A DNA stretch of 63,227 nt from Sphingomonas sp. (GCA_025935515.1 JAICVC010000001.1:1-63227), one strand, 5' to 3'. Counted from the stretch's first letter, positions 1 through 9,898 are shown. The notes: generated by a model from the letters alone, not told the origin. Made by a program: numbers and translations.

Positions 1-704
1 GGATGCGCCGCGGCAAGCGCACCGCGAACCTCATCTGGGGCAATCCGGCGAGCGTGCTAGTCGGCGATTTCCTGTTCAGCCGCGCGTTCGAGCTGATGGT
101 CGAGGACGGCAGCCTCAAGGTGCTTCGCATCCTCAGCCATGCTTCGGCGGTGATCGCCGAGGGCGAGGTCAACCAGCTCACCGCCCAGCGCCAGATCGAC
201 ACCGGCGAAGATCACTATCTCGACATTATCAGCGCCAAGACCGCGGCGCTGTTCGCCGCGGCTTGCCGGGTCTCGCCCGTGGTGGCCGAAGCCAGCGAGG
301 ACGCCGAGCTCGCACTCGAATGTTACGGCAAAAATTTAGGTATTGCCTTCCAGCTCAGCGACGACGTCATCGATTATGCGTCGGACGCCGCGACCATGGG
401 CAAGGGCGTCGGCGACGACTTCCGCGACGGCAAGATGACCCTTCCGGTAATCCTCGCATACGCGAGGGGCGACGAGGACGATCGCGCCTTCTGGCGCGCG
501 GCGATCGGCGGCAGCCGGGCGTCCGACGACGATCTGGCACGCGCCATCCGCCTGCTCCGCGAGACGGACGCCCTGGCCGACACGATCGAGCGCGCGCGCC
601 AGTATGGCCGCCGGGCGATCGATGCGCTGGCGATGTTCCCCGCCAGCAAGGCCAAGGCCGCGCTGGCCGAAGCCGCCGAGTTTGCGGTCGCGCGCGCTTT
701 CTAG
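1..704 (+). CDS. Polyprenyl diphosphate synthase (IspB/DdsA-like), 5' truncated by the window edge
   Basis: RRGK after the first Asp-rich motif, GDFL, KTAALF, AFQLSDDVID second Asp-rich motif, GK..GDDFRDGKMTLP. Confidence 0.93.
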   Translation, partial: MRRGKRTANLIWGNPASVLVGDFLFSRAFELMVEDGSLKVLRILSHASAVIAEGEVNQLTAQRQIDTGEDHYLDIISAKTAALFAAACRVSPVVAEASEDAELALECYGKNLGIAFQLSDDVIDYASDAATMGKGVGDDFRDGKMTLPVILAYARGDEDDRAFWRAAIGGSRASDDDLARAIRLLRETDALADTIERARQYGRRAIDALAMFPASKAKAALAEAAEFAVARAF

Positions 705-853
705 CGGGCCACTGTCCTACAGGCCCTCGTCTGTGCCACAGACGCGGCGTGCATGGATTCGATTGCACCTCTGAAAATTCGATTTTGGATGGTTCCTCGC
801 GCGGGCGCCCACACGCCCGCGCATAGGAGCGTGAACTTTGTGAACTTTCGCCG

Positions 854-3319
854 ATGAGACTCCCGATTGACGACGTCCTGAGCGACCTCCTCGCGGCGCT
901 TCGCGCGCAGACGCGCGCACTGCTGATCGCGCCGCCGGGTGCGGGCAAGACGACGAAGGTCGCGCCGGCATTGCTTCGAGAACCATGGTGCACTGGCCAG
1001 ATACTGTTGCTCGTTCCACGGCGGCTCGCCGCACGCGCCGCGGCCGAGTTCATGGCGGCCGAACTCGGCGAAAAACCCGGCACAACGATTGGCTACGCCA
1101 CGCGCCTCGACAGCAAGCTCGGCAAAGACACGCGCGTCCTCGTCATGACCCACGGCGTGTTCCTGTCGCGGATCCAGGCCGATCCCGAGCTCGCCGGCGT
1201 CTCCGCCGTGCTGTTCGACGAAGTGCACGAACGCAGCCTCGACAATGACCTCGCGCTCGCGCTAGCGCTCGACGCTGGAAGCGCGCTCCGCCACGACCTG
1301 CGCCTAGTCGCCATGTCGGCGACGCTCGACGTCGACCGCTTCCAGCGCCTGCTTGGCCATCCGCCGACGATCGTCAGCGAGAGCCAGAGCTTTCCACTCG
1401 CAATCCATCACATCGGCCGGGACGCCGTGGCGCGGATTGAGCCGCAAATGGCTTCGGCAATCCGCAGTGCGCTCGGCGAGCACGAGGGATCGCTGCTCGC
1501 ATTCCTTCCCGGCGTCGCGGAGATCGAGCGGACTGCGGAAGCGCTCGGAAAGCTTCCCGCCGACGTCGAGCTTCACAAGCTCCACGGCGCGATCGAGCCG
1601 GCCGCACAACGCAAGGCGCTGGCGGCGCCCCAGCCCGGCAAGCGCAAGCTCGTCCTGGCGACCAGCATCGCCGAAACTAGCGTCACGCTCGAAGGCGTCC
1701 GGATCGTCGTCGACAGCGGCCTCGCACGCCGCCCACGTTACGACCGCGGCGCCGGTCTCACCCGGCTCGTCACCGAGCGCGCCAGCCGCGCGGCCGTCAC
1801 CCAGCGCGCCGGTCGGGCCGCGCGCCAGGCGCCCGGAATCGCGATTCGCTTATGGGAGGAGTCCGCAACCGCTTCGCTGCCGGCGCACGATCCGCCGGAG
1901 ATACTGGAAGCGGACCTGTCGAGCCTGATGCTCACTTGTCTGCTCTGGGGCGAGGCCGATGCGAGGCGCCTGCCCGTCCTCGATCAGCCGCCAACCGCGG
2001 CGCTGGATGAGGCCGGCAAACGGCTGACCGCGCTCGGCGCAATCGACGAGCAGGGCCGGGTCACCCGCCACGGCCGGGCGATTGCCGCCTTGCCGCTGGA
2101 GCCAATGCTTAGCCACATGCTGCTCGATGCGGGGACCCGCGGGTTCGTTGCCGCGGCTGCAGAGGTCGCAGTCCTGCTCACCGAGCGCGGCCTCGGCGGC
2201 AAGGATGCCGACCTTGAGCTGCGCCTGCGAAGATGGCGCTCGGACAAGTCGGCGCGCGCCGAGGCGGCGCGGAAGATGGCGAGGCGATTTGCGGCACAAA
2301 TCCCCCTCCCTGCAAGGGAGGGGCCAGGGGTGGGTGTCGCCGAAGGCGGCGCTGACAACCTCGGAAAGGCCCTCGCCCTCGCCTTCCCCCACCGCGTGTC
2401 GCGCCGCCGCGATGCCTCTGGAGAGGCCTGGCAATCGGTCGGCGGGCGCGGCTTCCGGCTCGATCCCGCGTCACCGCTGGCGGGCAGCCAGTGGCTCGCA
2501 GTCGGCGAAGTTGCCGGCCACGCGTCCGGCGCGCGCATCCTTTCGGCTGCGGCACTTGAAGAGCAAGCGGTGCTCGACCTCTTCGCCGACCGGATCGAAA
2601 CCCGCCACGATGGCGAGTTCGATCCTGCATCCGGATCGGTGACCCCGACACGAAGCCGTCGGCTCGGCGCCATACGCCTTTCCAGCGGCCCGGATCCAAA
2701 ACCCGATCAGGCAGCGATCGAGCAGGCCTTGCTCGAAGGAGTGCGCGAGCACGGTCTCGACCTGTTGCAGTGGAATGACCAGGCTCGACAACTCCGCAGT
2801 CGCGCGGCCTTCGCCCGCCGCTTCGATCCGGAAATTCCGTCGTTGGACGATGAAATGCTGATGCAGCGGGCTGACGAGTGGCTCGCGCCCTTACTCGCCC
2901 GCAAGCGCCGTCTCGGCGATGTCGCTCCCGCTGCGCTGACCACCGGGCTCAATGGCCTGCTCGCCTATGAAATTACGCGCCGGCTCGAACGCCTTGCGCC
3001 GGCGGAATTCGTTAGTCCGGCGGGGAGCCGCCACCCGATCGATTATTCGGCGCCGGCCGGCCCCACCGTCCAGGTCCGCGCGCAGGCGCTGTTCGGATTG
3101 TCGCAACACCCGACCGTGGCGCTCGGCGAAGTGCCGCTGATCCTGGCGATCACCTCGCCAGCCGGGCGGCCCATCCAGACGACCAGGGACCTGCCCGGCT
3201 TCTGGGCGGGCAGTTGGCGCGACGTCGCCAAGGATATGCGCGGGCGCTACCCCAAGCATCCCTGGCCGGACGATCCGGCGTCGGCGGCGCCGACATTACG
3301 CTCGAAGCGATCGGCCTAG
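854..3319 (+). CDS. hrpB: ATP-dependent RNA helicase HrpB (DEAH family)
   Basis: APPGAGKTT, PRRLAAR, DEVHER, MSATL, ATSIAETSVT, QRAGRAAR and the C-terminal GRYPKHPWPDDP signature. Confidence 0.95.
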   Translation: MRLPIDDVLSDLLAALRAQTRALLIAPPGAGKTTKVAPALLREPWCTGQILLLVPRRLAARAAAEFMAAELGEKPGTTIGYATRLDSKLGKDTRVLVMTHGVFLSRIQADPELAGVSAVLFDEVHERSLDNDLALALALDAGSALRHDLRLVAMSATLDVDRFQRLLGHPPTIVSESQSFPLAIHHIGRDAVARIEPQMASAIRSALGEHEGSLLAFLPGVAEIERTAEALGKLPADVELHKLHGAIEPAAQRKALAAPQPGKRKLVLATSIAETSVTLEGVRIVVDSGLARRPRYDRGAGLTRLVTERASRAAVTQRAGRAARQAPGIAIRLWEESATASLPAHDPPEILEADLSSLMLTCLLWGEADARRLPVLDQPPTAALDEAGKRLTALGAIDEQGRVTRHGRAIAALPLEPMLSHMLLDAGTRGFVAAAAEVAVLLTERGLGGKDADLELRLRRWRSDKSARAEAARKMARRFAAQIPLPAREGPGVGVAEGGADNLGKALALAFPHRVSRRRDASGEAWQSVGGRGFRLDPASPLAGSQWLAVGEVAGHASGARILSAAALEEQAVLDLFADRIETRHDGEFDPASGSVTPTRSRRLGAIRLSSGPDPKPDQAAIEQALLEGVREHGLDLLQWNDQARQLRSRAAFARRFDPEIPSLDDEMLMQRADEWLAPLLARKRRLGDVAPAALTTGLNGLLAYEITRRLERLAPAEFVSPAGSRHPIDYSAPAGPTVQVRAQALFGLSQHPTVALGEVPLILAITSPAGRPIQTTRDLPGFWAGSWRDVAKDMRGRYPKHPWPDDPASAAPTLRSKRSA
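2303..2334. repeat. REP/RPE-like palindromic element inside hrpB
   Basis: CCCCTCCCT-GCA-AGGGAGGGG perfect 9-bp hairpin followed by CCAGGGGTGGG; encodes PLPAREGPGVG. Confidence 0.6.
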
Positions 3320-3924
3320 GACGCGGGCCGCACCGGCACCATCAGATGCGCATAGGGAGTTCCAGCCCACATCACATAGGGCACCGAAGTGTCCGGCTTC
3401 CCTCCCGACGGATGCCCCGCCAGGATATCCTTCGAGCCGACGACCATGATGTGCGGGCCGGTCTTGACCCAGTCGTTGTCCGCAGTCGGCTGCTTGGCAT
3501 AGGGATCGGTGTTGCTGGCGTCGGTCCCGCCTTCGAGCATGTACATCAGCCCGACGACATTGGCGGGCGGCGGCTTGTGGCCGACCCAGGCCTGGACCCA
3601 TTGCGCGGCATTCTGGTCGAAACACATCGGGTCCGGCCCTGGCGTGTCCGGCGCGTCCGGCATGCAGGTCCAGCCGTTGCTCCCCTTGCGCAGCTCGGTC
3701 ATCGCGCCCTTTGCGTCGGCCGTCACGACCGATGCATTGTGGGCGATGGACGCCGGCGCGGCGGACTCGGCGCTCGCCACCGGGTCATTGGCGGTGGCCC
3801 TCGAAGCGGTGTTGGCTTCGGCCGACGCGGCGTTCGAATCCCTGTCGCCGCGAGGCTCCTTCATGCAGGCGCCGAGCGCGATTACGCCGGCCACCAGCAG
3901 GATCCGCGAGCTCTTCGATGTCAT
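3316..3924 (-). CDS. Conserved hypothetical lipoprotein
   Basis: ATG at 3924 after a GAGGAGG SD; lipobox-like LGAC; well-structured core GWTCMPD/DPMC/GLMYML/GPHIM/PYAHLM. Confidence 0.75.
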   Translation of the reverse strand: MTSKSSRILLVAGVIALGACMKEPRGDRDSNAASAEANTASRATANDPVASAESAAPASIAHNASVVTADAKGAMTELRKGSNGWTCMPDAPDTPGPDPMCFDQNAAQWVQAWVGHKPPPANVVGLMYMLEGGTDASNTDPYAKQPTADNDWVKTGPHIMVVGSKDILAGHPSGGKPDTSVPYVMWAGTPYAHLMVPVRPAS

Positions 3925-4035
3925 GGGCCCCTCCTCTTTCCGCTCAGGAAGGACCGGCGATGTAGCACAACGGCGCTCATCGCGCACATCAAAGCGCGCT
4001 TGATTCATGGGCCACACTTTGCCACCTCGCCGGCG

Positions 4036-4317
4036 ATGACCATTGCCCGCATTTCCGAGATCGAGCGCAAGACGACCCAGTCGGGCAAGGCCAACACCGG
4101 CCGCTGGCTGCTCGAGTTCGAGCGGCAGGAGCCGCAGCGCCCCGACCCGCTCACGGGCTGGAACGGCTCGGCCGATACCAGGCCCCAGGTCCGCCTCACC
4201 TTCCCGACCAGGGAAGCGGCGATCGCCTATTGCGACAGGCACGACCTTCAATGCCATGTCGTGCCCGCCCCGCCGGTCACAATGAAGATCCAGGCCTACG
4301 CCGACAATTTCCGTTGA
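4036..4317 (+). CDS. ETC complex I subunit-like protein (NDUFS4 family)
   Basis: QSGKA..W.LEF, DPLTGW..S.D...QV.L.F.TRE.AIAY, YADNF C-terminus. Confidence 0.85.
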   Translation: MTIARISEIERKTTQSGKANTGRWLLEFERQEPQRPDPLTGWNGSADTRPQVRLTFPTREAAIAYCDRHDLQCHVVPAPPVTMKIQAYADNFR

Positions 4318-4366
4318 GCTTGGCCCCTAGCGGGCGCAGAGTGCCGCCGCCGAGCTAGGGGGAGAC

Positions 4367-5476
4367 CTGCGTTCCGCCGATATAAGGCTGGTCATCGGGA
4401 CCAGGCCTGAAGCCATCAAACTCCGGCCTGTCGCACGGGCACTGCTCGCGCACGGGATCGAGTCGACCCTCGTCTTCACCGGCCAGCACGCGGCGCTGAA
4501 GGCCGCCGAATTCGGCCTCGATCGCTTCCCTCGCATCGACCTTGGCTGCGTCGGCCGCGAGGATCCCCATGCCCATGTCCGCGTCGTCACGACGGCATTG
4601 CTGCCGATGCTCCGCGACCCGCCCGACCTGCTGGTGGTCCAGGGCGACACCTCGAGCGCGCTCGGCGCAGCGCTTGCCGGTTTCACCGCCGGGGTTCCGG
4701 TGGCCCACGTCGAGGCCGGCCTCAGGACTCACGATTTCCTGCTCCCCTGGCCCGAAGAGGAATATCGCACGGCCATCGACGCCGGCGCCGAACTGCTGTT
4801 CGCACCGACAGAGCTTGCGGCCGGCAACCTGCGCGCCGAGCAGGCCCCGGGCAAAATCCATGTCACCGGCAACACCAGCATCGACGCCGTGCTGGAAGCG
4901 GAGGCCGGCCTGCCGCCGGTCGCAAAAGGGAGTAGCGGGCTGCTCCGCCTGCTTGTCACCTGCCACCGCCGGGAGAGCTGGGGCGACGGCCTGGCTTCGA
5001 TCGCCGCGGCACTGGCGGAGTTCGCCGCCGACGGCACCACGCAGGTCGATGTGGTTCTCCATCCCAATCACTACGTCGCCGACAGGATGCGCGGGCTGCT
5101 TGCGAGCGCCCACGGAATCGCCCTGCTTGCTCCCTGCGGTCACCGCGAGCTGATCCAGCGAATGCGCGACGCCGACCTCATCCTCAGCGACTCCGGCGGC
5201 ATCCAGGAGGAAGCGCCGGCGCTTGGGGTCCCGCTGCTGGTGCTGCGCGAAAAGACCGAACGCCCCGAGGGAATCGCGGCTGGCACCTCGCTGCTCGTCG
5301 GCACTGACCGGGCCCGCATCGTGGCCGAGGCGCGGCGCCTGCTTGGCGACCCTGCCGCTCGAGCCGCGATGAGCCGCCGCGTCTATCCTTTCGGCGACGG
5401 CCAGGCGGCAAAGCGAATTGCCGCGATCATCGCCGACTGGATCGAACAAAGGTCGCTGACGCGCCGGCTTGGCTGA
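4367..5476 (+). CDS. wecB: UDP-N-acetylglucosamine 2-epimerase (non-hydrolysing); start probably non-canonical (CTG 4367 or ATA 4382)
   Basis: In-frame N-terminal GTRPEAIK and TGQH lie upstream of the listed ORF start; QGDT, HVEAGLR, PEE, HRRE, DSGGIQEEAP, TERPE, PFGDG. Confidence 0.88.
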   Translation: MRSADIRLVIGTRPEAIKLRPVARALLAHGIESTLVFTGQHAALKAAEFGLDRFPRIDLGCVGREDPHAHVRVVTTALLPMLRDPPDLLVVQGDTSSALGAALAGFTAGVPVAHVEAGLRTHDFLLPWPEEEYRTAIDAGAELLFAPTELAAGNLRAEQAPGKIHVTGNTSIDAVLEAEAGLPPVAKGSSGLLRLLVTCHRRESWGDGLASIAAALAEFAADGTTQVDVVLHPNHYVADRMRGLLASAHGIALLAPCGHRELIQRMRDADLILSDSGGIQEEAPALGVPLLVLREKTERPEGIAAGTSLLVGTDRARIVAEARRLLGDPAARAAMSRRVYPFGDGQAAKRIAAIIADWIEQRSLTRRLG

Positions 5477-5495
5477 GCTATGGCCGGTCGGGCCG

Positions 5496-6260
5496 ATGGA
5501 CGAGAATCCGGTCATCGCCGAAGCGCAAGAGGCAGAGCCGCCTGCCCCGCCGCCGCGCCGGATCGCCTACCGCCACCGCCTGCCGACGCGACTGTGGCAC
5601 TGGCTGAACGCACTCACCGTCTTCGTGATGCTGATGAGCGGCCTGATGATCTTCAACGCCCACCCCCACCTCTACTGGGGGCAGTATGGCGCGAACTTCG
5701 ACCATTCGTGGCTGTCGTTCAAAGGGCGCCCGATCCCCGGCTGGGCGACCATCCCCTCGACCTACAACCTCGCCGCCGCGCGGCGGTGGCACCTCGCCTT
5801 CGCCTGGCTGCTGGTCGTGCCGCTGGTGCTGTTCCTTGTCACCAGCCTGGTCAACCGCCACGCCCAGCGCGACCTCGCGCCGACCCGCGATGAAGTGCGG
5901 CCCCGCCACATCTGGCACGACATCCGCGAGCATGCGCGGCTGCGCTTCCCGGCCGGAGACGCGGCGCTTCGCTACAACATCCTGCAGAAGCTGAGCTACG
6001 TCGCAGTCATCTTCATCCTGCTGCCGCTGATGGTGCTCACCGGCCTCGCCATGTCGCCGGCGATGGCAGCCGCCTGGCCGTGGCTGCTCGACATGTTCGG
6101 CGGCCGGCAATCGGCGCGGTCGATCCACTTCATCTGCGCAATGGCGCTCCTCGCCTTCATCCTCGTCCACCTGCTCATGGTGGTTCTCGCCGGGCCCATC
6201 AACGAGGTCCGGTCGATGATCACGGGCCGCTTCCGCGTGCCGCCGGAGCGCGGACGATGA
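5496..6260 (+). CDS. Cytochrome b/b6 domain membrane protein (Ni/Fe-hydrogenase b-type cytochrome family)
   Basis: RLWHW, RRWHL, YNILQK, RSIHF, LVHL heme-ligand His in transmembrane helices; ATGA overlap with the next gene. Confidence 0.85.
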   Translation: MDENPVIAEAQEAEPPAPPPRRIAYRHRLPTRLWHWLNALTVFVMLMSGLMIFNAHPHLYWGQYGANFDHSWLSFKGRPIPGWATIPSTYNLAAARRWHLAFAWLLVVPLVLFLVTSLVNRHAQRDLAPTRDEVRPRHIWHDIREHARLRFPAGDAALRYNILQKLSYVAVIFILLPLMVLTGLAMSPAMAAAWPWLLDMFGGRQSARSIHFICAMALLAFILVHLLMVVLAGPINEVRSMITGRFRVPPERGR

Positions 6261-7003
6261 TCGGCCGCCGCCGCTTCATCGCCGCCAGCGCCTCCGGGCT
6301 TCTGCTCGGCGGCTGCGACCGGCTCAACAACAGCCCCGGGTTCCGCGATGTCCTGCGCTCCGCGGAGAAGCTCAATATGGCCAGCCAGCGCCTGATCTCG
6401 CCGCGCGATGCCCTGGCTCGCGAATATGGCGAGGCGGACCTGTCGCCGATCTTCCGCTCCAACGGGACGCGCGTGCCCGGAACCGCCGAATATACCCGGC
6501 ACATGGCCGAGCAGTTCGCCAACTGGCGCCTGACGGTCGACGGCCTGGTCGCTCGGCCACTGTCGATCCCGATCCAGACCCTGCGCTCGCTCCCGCATCG
6601 GACCCAGATCACTCGGCACGATTGCGTCGAGGGGTGGAGCGCGATCGGCAAGTGGCACGGAGTCCCGCTGTCCCGCATCCTCGACCATGCGGGCCTCAGC
6701 ACGCGGGCGAAATATATCGTCTTCCACTGCGCCGACCGGTTCGGCGACAAGCCCTATTACGAGAGCATCGACCTGGTCGACGCCTTCCATCCCCAGACGA
6801 TCCTCGCCTGGGGCATGAACGGCCATTTGCTCCCGGTCCCCAACGGCGCGCCGCTCCGCCTGCGGGTCGAGCGCCAGCTCGGCTACAAGCACGCCAAATA
6901 TGTGGAGCGGATCGAGGCTGTCGACAGCCTATCGCGGGTGGCGGGCGGCAAGGGCGGCTATTGGGAGGATAATGTCGACTACGAATGGTATGCGGGGATT
7001 TAG
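6257..7003 (+). CDS. Molybdopterin-dependent oxidoreductase (sulfite oxidase/MsrP-like)
   Basis: Tat-like GRRRF signal with LGGC; HDCVEGWS Mo-ligand Cys, GAPLRL, GYKHAK, GGYWED. Confidence 0.88.
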   Translation: MIGRRRFIAASASGLLLGGCDRLNNSPGFRDVLRSAEKLNMASQRLISPRDALAREYGEADLSPIFRSNGTRVPGTAEYTRHMAEQFANWRLTVDGLVARPLSIPIQTLRSLPHRTQITRHDCVEGWSAIGKWHGVPLSRILDHAGLSTRAKYIVFHCADRFGDKPYYESIDLVDAFHPQTILAWGMNGHLLPVPNGAPLRLRVERQLGYKHAKYVERIEAVDSLSRVAGGKGGYWEDNVDYEWYAGI

Positions 7004-7082
7004 GCCGGCCGCGGCTTGATTTGGGACACGTCCTGGCCTCTCATTGGCAAAGCTCGCTGCCAGCCGATAGACGAAGGCCCTC

Positions 7083-7985
7083 ATGGACGCCCACCGCAAG
7101 ACCATCGACTGCAACCTGTGCGGCGCAAACGAGGCCGATGTCGTGTTCGAGGCCGGCGTCGCGCAGGCCAGCCGCGTCGTCAAATGCCGGCAGTGCGGCC
7201 TCATGTACGCCAGCCCGCGCGCCAAGCTTCCCGACCAGGACGAGATCAGGGACTACGACCCCGAGTTCACGCGGAAGACCCGCGAGCACAGCCGCGACCG
7301 CTACGACAAGGAAGAGTATCAGGTCCGCGATTACGAGGACACGCGCGCTTATCTGCGGAAGGCCTATCCCGGACGCGGTCGCCTGCTCGAGATCGGCTGC
7401 AGCATGGGCTTCCTGCTGGCGAAGTTCCGCGAGGACGGGTGGGAGGTCGAGGGCATCGAGCCCAACCGCGGCTTTTGCGAGTTCATCGGCGAGTATCACG
7501 GGATCAAGGCATCCCCGGCGATCCTCGAGGAATCGGACGTTGCGCCCGCTTCATTCGACGTCGTCGTCATGCTGCACGTGATCGAGCATGTCCCCGACCC
7601 GCTCCGCACGCTCGAGGGAATCCATCGCGTCCTGAAACCCGGCGGCACGCTGATCCTCGAAACGCCGCGCTACGACAGCCTGATGTTCAAGCTGCTCCGC
7701 CACCGCGAACGCAGCGTCAGCTGCGACGGGCACATCTATTTCTTCACTACCGATACGCTGAGCGAAATGGCGAAGAAGGCGGGCTTCGAGGTCGGGCGCG
7801 TGGACTATGTCGGCCGCTCACTGAATCTAGCGCGGCTGCTGTGGAACGTCGGCGTGATGTCGAAGAGCCGGATGGCACAGCGGGCGGTCGCCAAACTATC
7901 CGACGCCCTGCGCCTCAGCTCCGTACACCTGCGCCTCAACGCCCGCGACATGCAGCGCGCGGCTTTGCGCAAGCCAGCGCGCTGA
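7083..7985 (+). CDS. Class I SAM-dependent methyltransferase with N-terminal CxxC pairs
   Basis: CNLC...CRQC, LLEIGCSMG, HVIEHVPDP, LKPGG. Confidence 0.88.
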   Translation: MDAHRKTIDCNLCGANEADVVFEAGVAQASRVVKCRQCGLMYASPRAKLPDQDEIRDYDPEFTRKTREHSRDRYDKEEYQVRDYEDTRAYLRKAYPGRGRLLEIGCSMGFLLAKFREDGWEVEGIEPNRGFCEFIGEYHGIKASPAILEESDVAPASFDVVVMLHVIEHVPDPLRTLEGIHRVLKPGGTLILETPRYDSLMFKLLRHRERSVSCDGHIYFFTTDTLSEMAKKAGFEVGRVDYVGRSLNLARLLWNVGVMSKSRMAQRAVAKLSDALRLSSVHLRLNARDMQRAALRKPAR

Positions 7986-7990
7986 CGACC

Positions 7991-8719
7991 ATGAATTGCC
8001 GATTGTGTGGGGCGGAGGCGGCACCGGCATTTCGCCTTACCGTCATGGCCAAATACGATGTCGGCTATTTCCGGTGCGTCAAATGCGGGAGCCTTCAAAC
8101 CGAGGAGCCGTACTGGCTCGCGGAAGCCTACAGCGCCGACGTACCCGAAGAGGACGCCGCATATCTTTCCCGGAACCTGGAGGTCGCGAGACACGCCAAG
8201 TTGATGCTGCACCTGTTCGGTGTGCCGAAGTCGGCAACGGTCGTAGATTTCGGCGGCGGGCTCGGCATCGTTGCCCGCTTGCTCGCCGAAAGCGGATGGA
8301 CGACGTTCGTCCACGACAAATTCACGGCGTCGCCGTTTCCCGGCATAAAATGGACTGAGGGCCGAAAGGCGGATTTCCTTTTGGCGTCGGAGGTTTTTGA
8401 GCACCTTCCTAATCCCGCACAGGATTTGGAGGAGGTGTTTGGGCTCCAGCCTCGCTTCCTCTACGCCCGCACGACACGCTACCGGCACGAAGGGTCAGAC
8501 TGGTTCTACTTGGCGCCGGAAACGGGACAGCACGTCTTTTTCTTCACGGACGAGGCCATGAGAATGCTCGCCAGCCGGTACGGCTATCATGTGACGTTAC
8601 CGACCAGCGAGGATGCCGTTTTCAGCGCGGCACCGCTCGGTCCAACAAAGAGATGGGGACTCAAGACGATCCTGTCCCGCAAACTGCGACGCCTCAAGTT
8701 GGCCGCCGCGGGAGTCTGA
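7991..8719 (+). CDS. Class I SAM-dependent methyltransferase (Methyltransf_23-like)
   Basis: MNCRLC...CVKC, YWLAEAY, VDFGGGLG, EVFEHL, GQHVFF. Confidence 0.82.
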   Translation: MNCRLCGAEAAPAFRLTVMAKYDVGYFRCVKCGSLQTEEPYWLAEAYSADVPEEDAAYLSRNLEVARHAKLMLHLFGVPKSATVVDFGGGLGIVARLLAESGWTTFVHDKFTASPFPGIKWTEGRKADFLLASEVFEHLPNPAQDLEEVFGLQPRFLYARTTRYRHEGSDWFYLAPETGQHVFFFTDEAMRMLASRYGYHVTLPTSEDAVFSAAPLGPTKRWGLKTILSRKLRRLKLAAAGV

Positions 8720-8782
8720 GATGTCTGCCAGTATCGGGTCGAGAGGTCTGCGGCGTGAGACGGCGGCTCGGCGCCTAAACCC

Positions 8783-9898
8783 ATGATCCGGTCGCTGCTG
8801 GCCTGTGACGATCTCCCTAGCTCGAGCTATGGGACCGGGCAGCGCCTGCTGAGTCTCCAACGGGCGCTGGCGAAGCTGGGCGAGTGCCGGATTCTCCATC
8901 TCTCGAACAATGCAGAGGGCTCGAACGAGGCGGCCGATTATAGGGCTCCTCTCCCGTTCGACTTTCGCGCCTCGCGAGTGGCCTGGGCGAGACGCCATCT
9001 CACCTTCGCCGAGGCGCGGCGCAACGACTGCTATCGCGCTCTCTTCCAACGCATTCGCAACGATTATCCCTTCGATCTCGTCCTGTGCAGCTTCTTCAGG
9101 AACGCGTCGGTCGTCCCCACCGACATCGCCCCGTGCTTCATCGATCTCGACGCGATCCCCGAGCGCACCGGTCTGCTCACACGAGCGCTCTGGCCGCTGA
9201 CCCTGCGGGCGATGCGGCGCCGGACGCAGGACTTTCAGAGGATTTACGTCATCCGCTCTTCGGACGCAGCGCTCTTCAAGACCGGCGCACGCAATGTCCG
9301 AATTCTACCGGGCATTTCGGCCACCGCGCCAGCAACGCCGCTGCCGCATAATCCCGATGCCCGGCGAGTCCTCTTCATCGCCCCGACCGGCTGGCCGCCG
9401 AACCGTGAAGCCATCGACTGGCTCCTGGCGGTCGATGTGCCTCGGGCACTCGACGCGTTGGGTTTCGAGCTTCGTCTCGTCGGGCAGGGAACCGAGGCCT
9501 TCGCTCCTCGGCCTGGCCTCAGCTGCGGCGGGTTCGTCAAGGACCTCGCGGCTGAATATGAAGCAGCCCGGCTGGTGCTGTGCCCCATCTGGACGGGCAG
9601 CGGGGCGAACATCAAGCTTGCGGAAGCCGTTCAGTTCGGCCGCGCGGTCCTGGCCACGGCGCACTCTGCCGCGGGCTTTGAGGGCTTCCTCCAGCCGGGC
9701 AGGGACTTGCTCACCTTCGACGAACGCGAGCAGTTCCTTCCGCTCCTTCTGGCTTCATTGAGGGACTCCAACCGGCTGCGGGAACTCGAAATCAACGCCG
9801 GGCAAACAGCGCGCGACTTCCTCAATCAGGCCTACATCGACCGAATGGTCGCGGAGGACGCGGGACGGATTTTGGGTCACCATGAGCCATTCCGCTGA
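8783..9898 (+). CDS. Glycosyltransferase, GT4-like
   Basis: WPPNREAI, GFVKDL, PIWTGSGANIKLAEA C-terminal GT-B motif. Confidence 0.8.
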   Translation: MIRSLLACDDLPSSSYGTGQRLLSLQRALAKLGECRILHLSNNAEGSNEAADYRAPLPFDFRASRVAWARRHLTFAEARRNDCYRALFQRIRNDYPFDLVLCSFFRNASVVPTDIAPCFIDLDAIPERTGLLTRALWPLTLRAMRRRTQDFQRIYVIRSSDAALFKTGARNVRILPGISATAPATPLPHNPDARRVLFIAPTGWPPNREAIDWLLAVDVPRALDALGFELRLVGQGTEAFAPRPGLSCGGFVKDLAAEYEAARLVLCPIWTGSGANIKLAEAVQFGRAVLATAHSAAGFEGFLQPGRDLLTFDEREQFLPLLLASLRDSNRLRELEINAGQTARDFLNQAYIDRMVAEDAGRILGHHEPFR

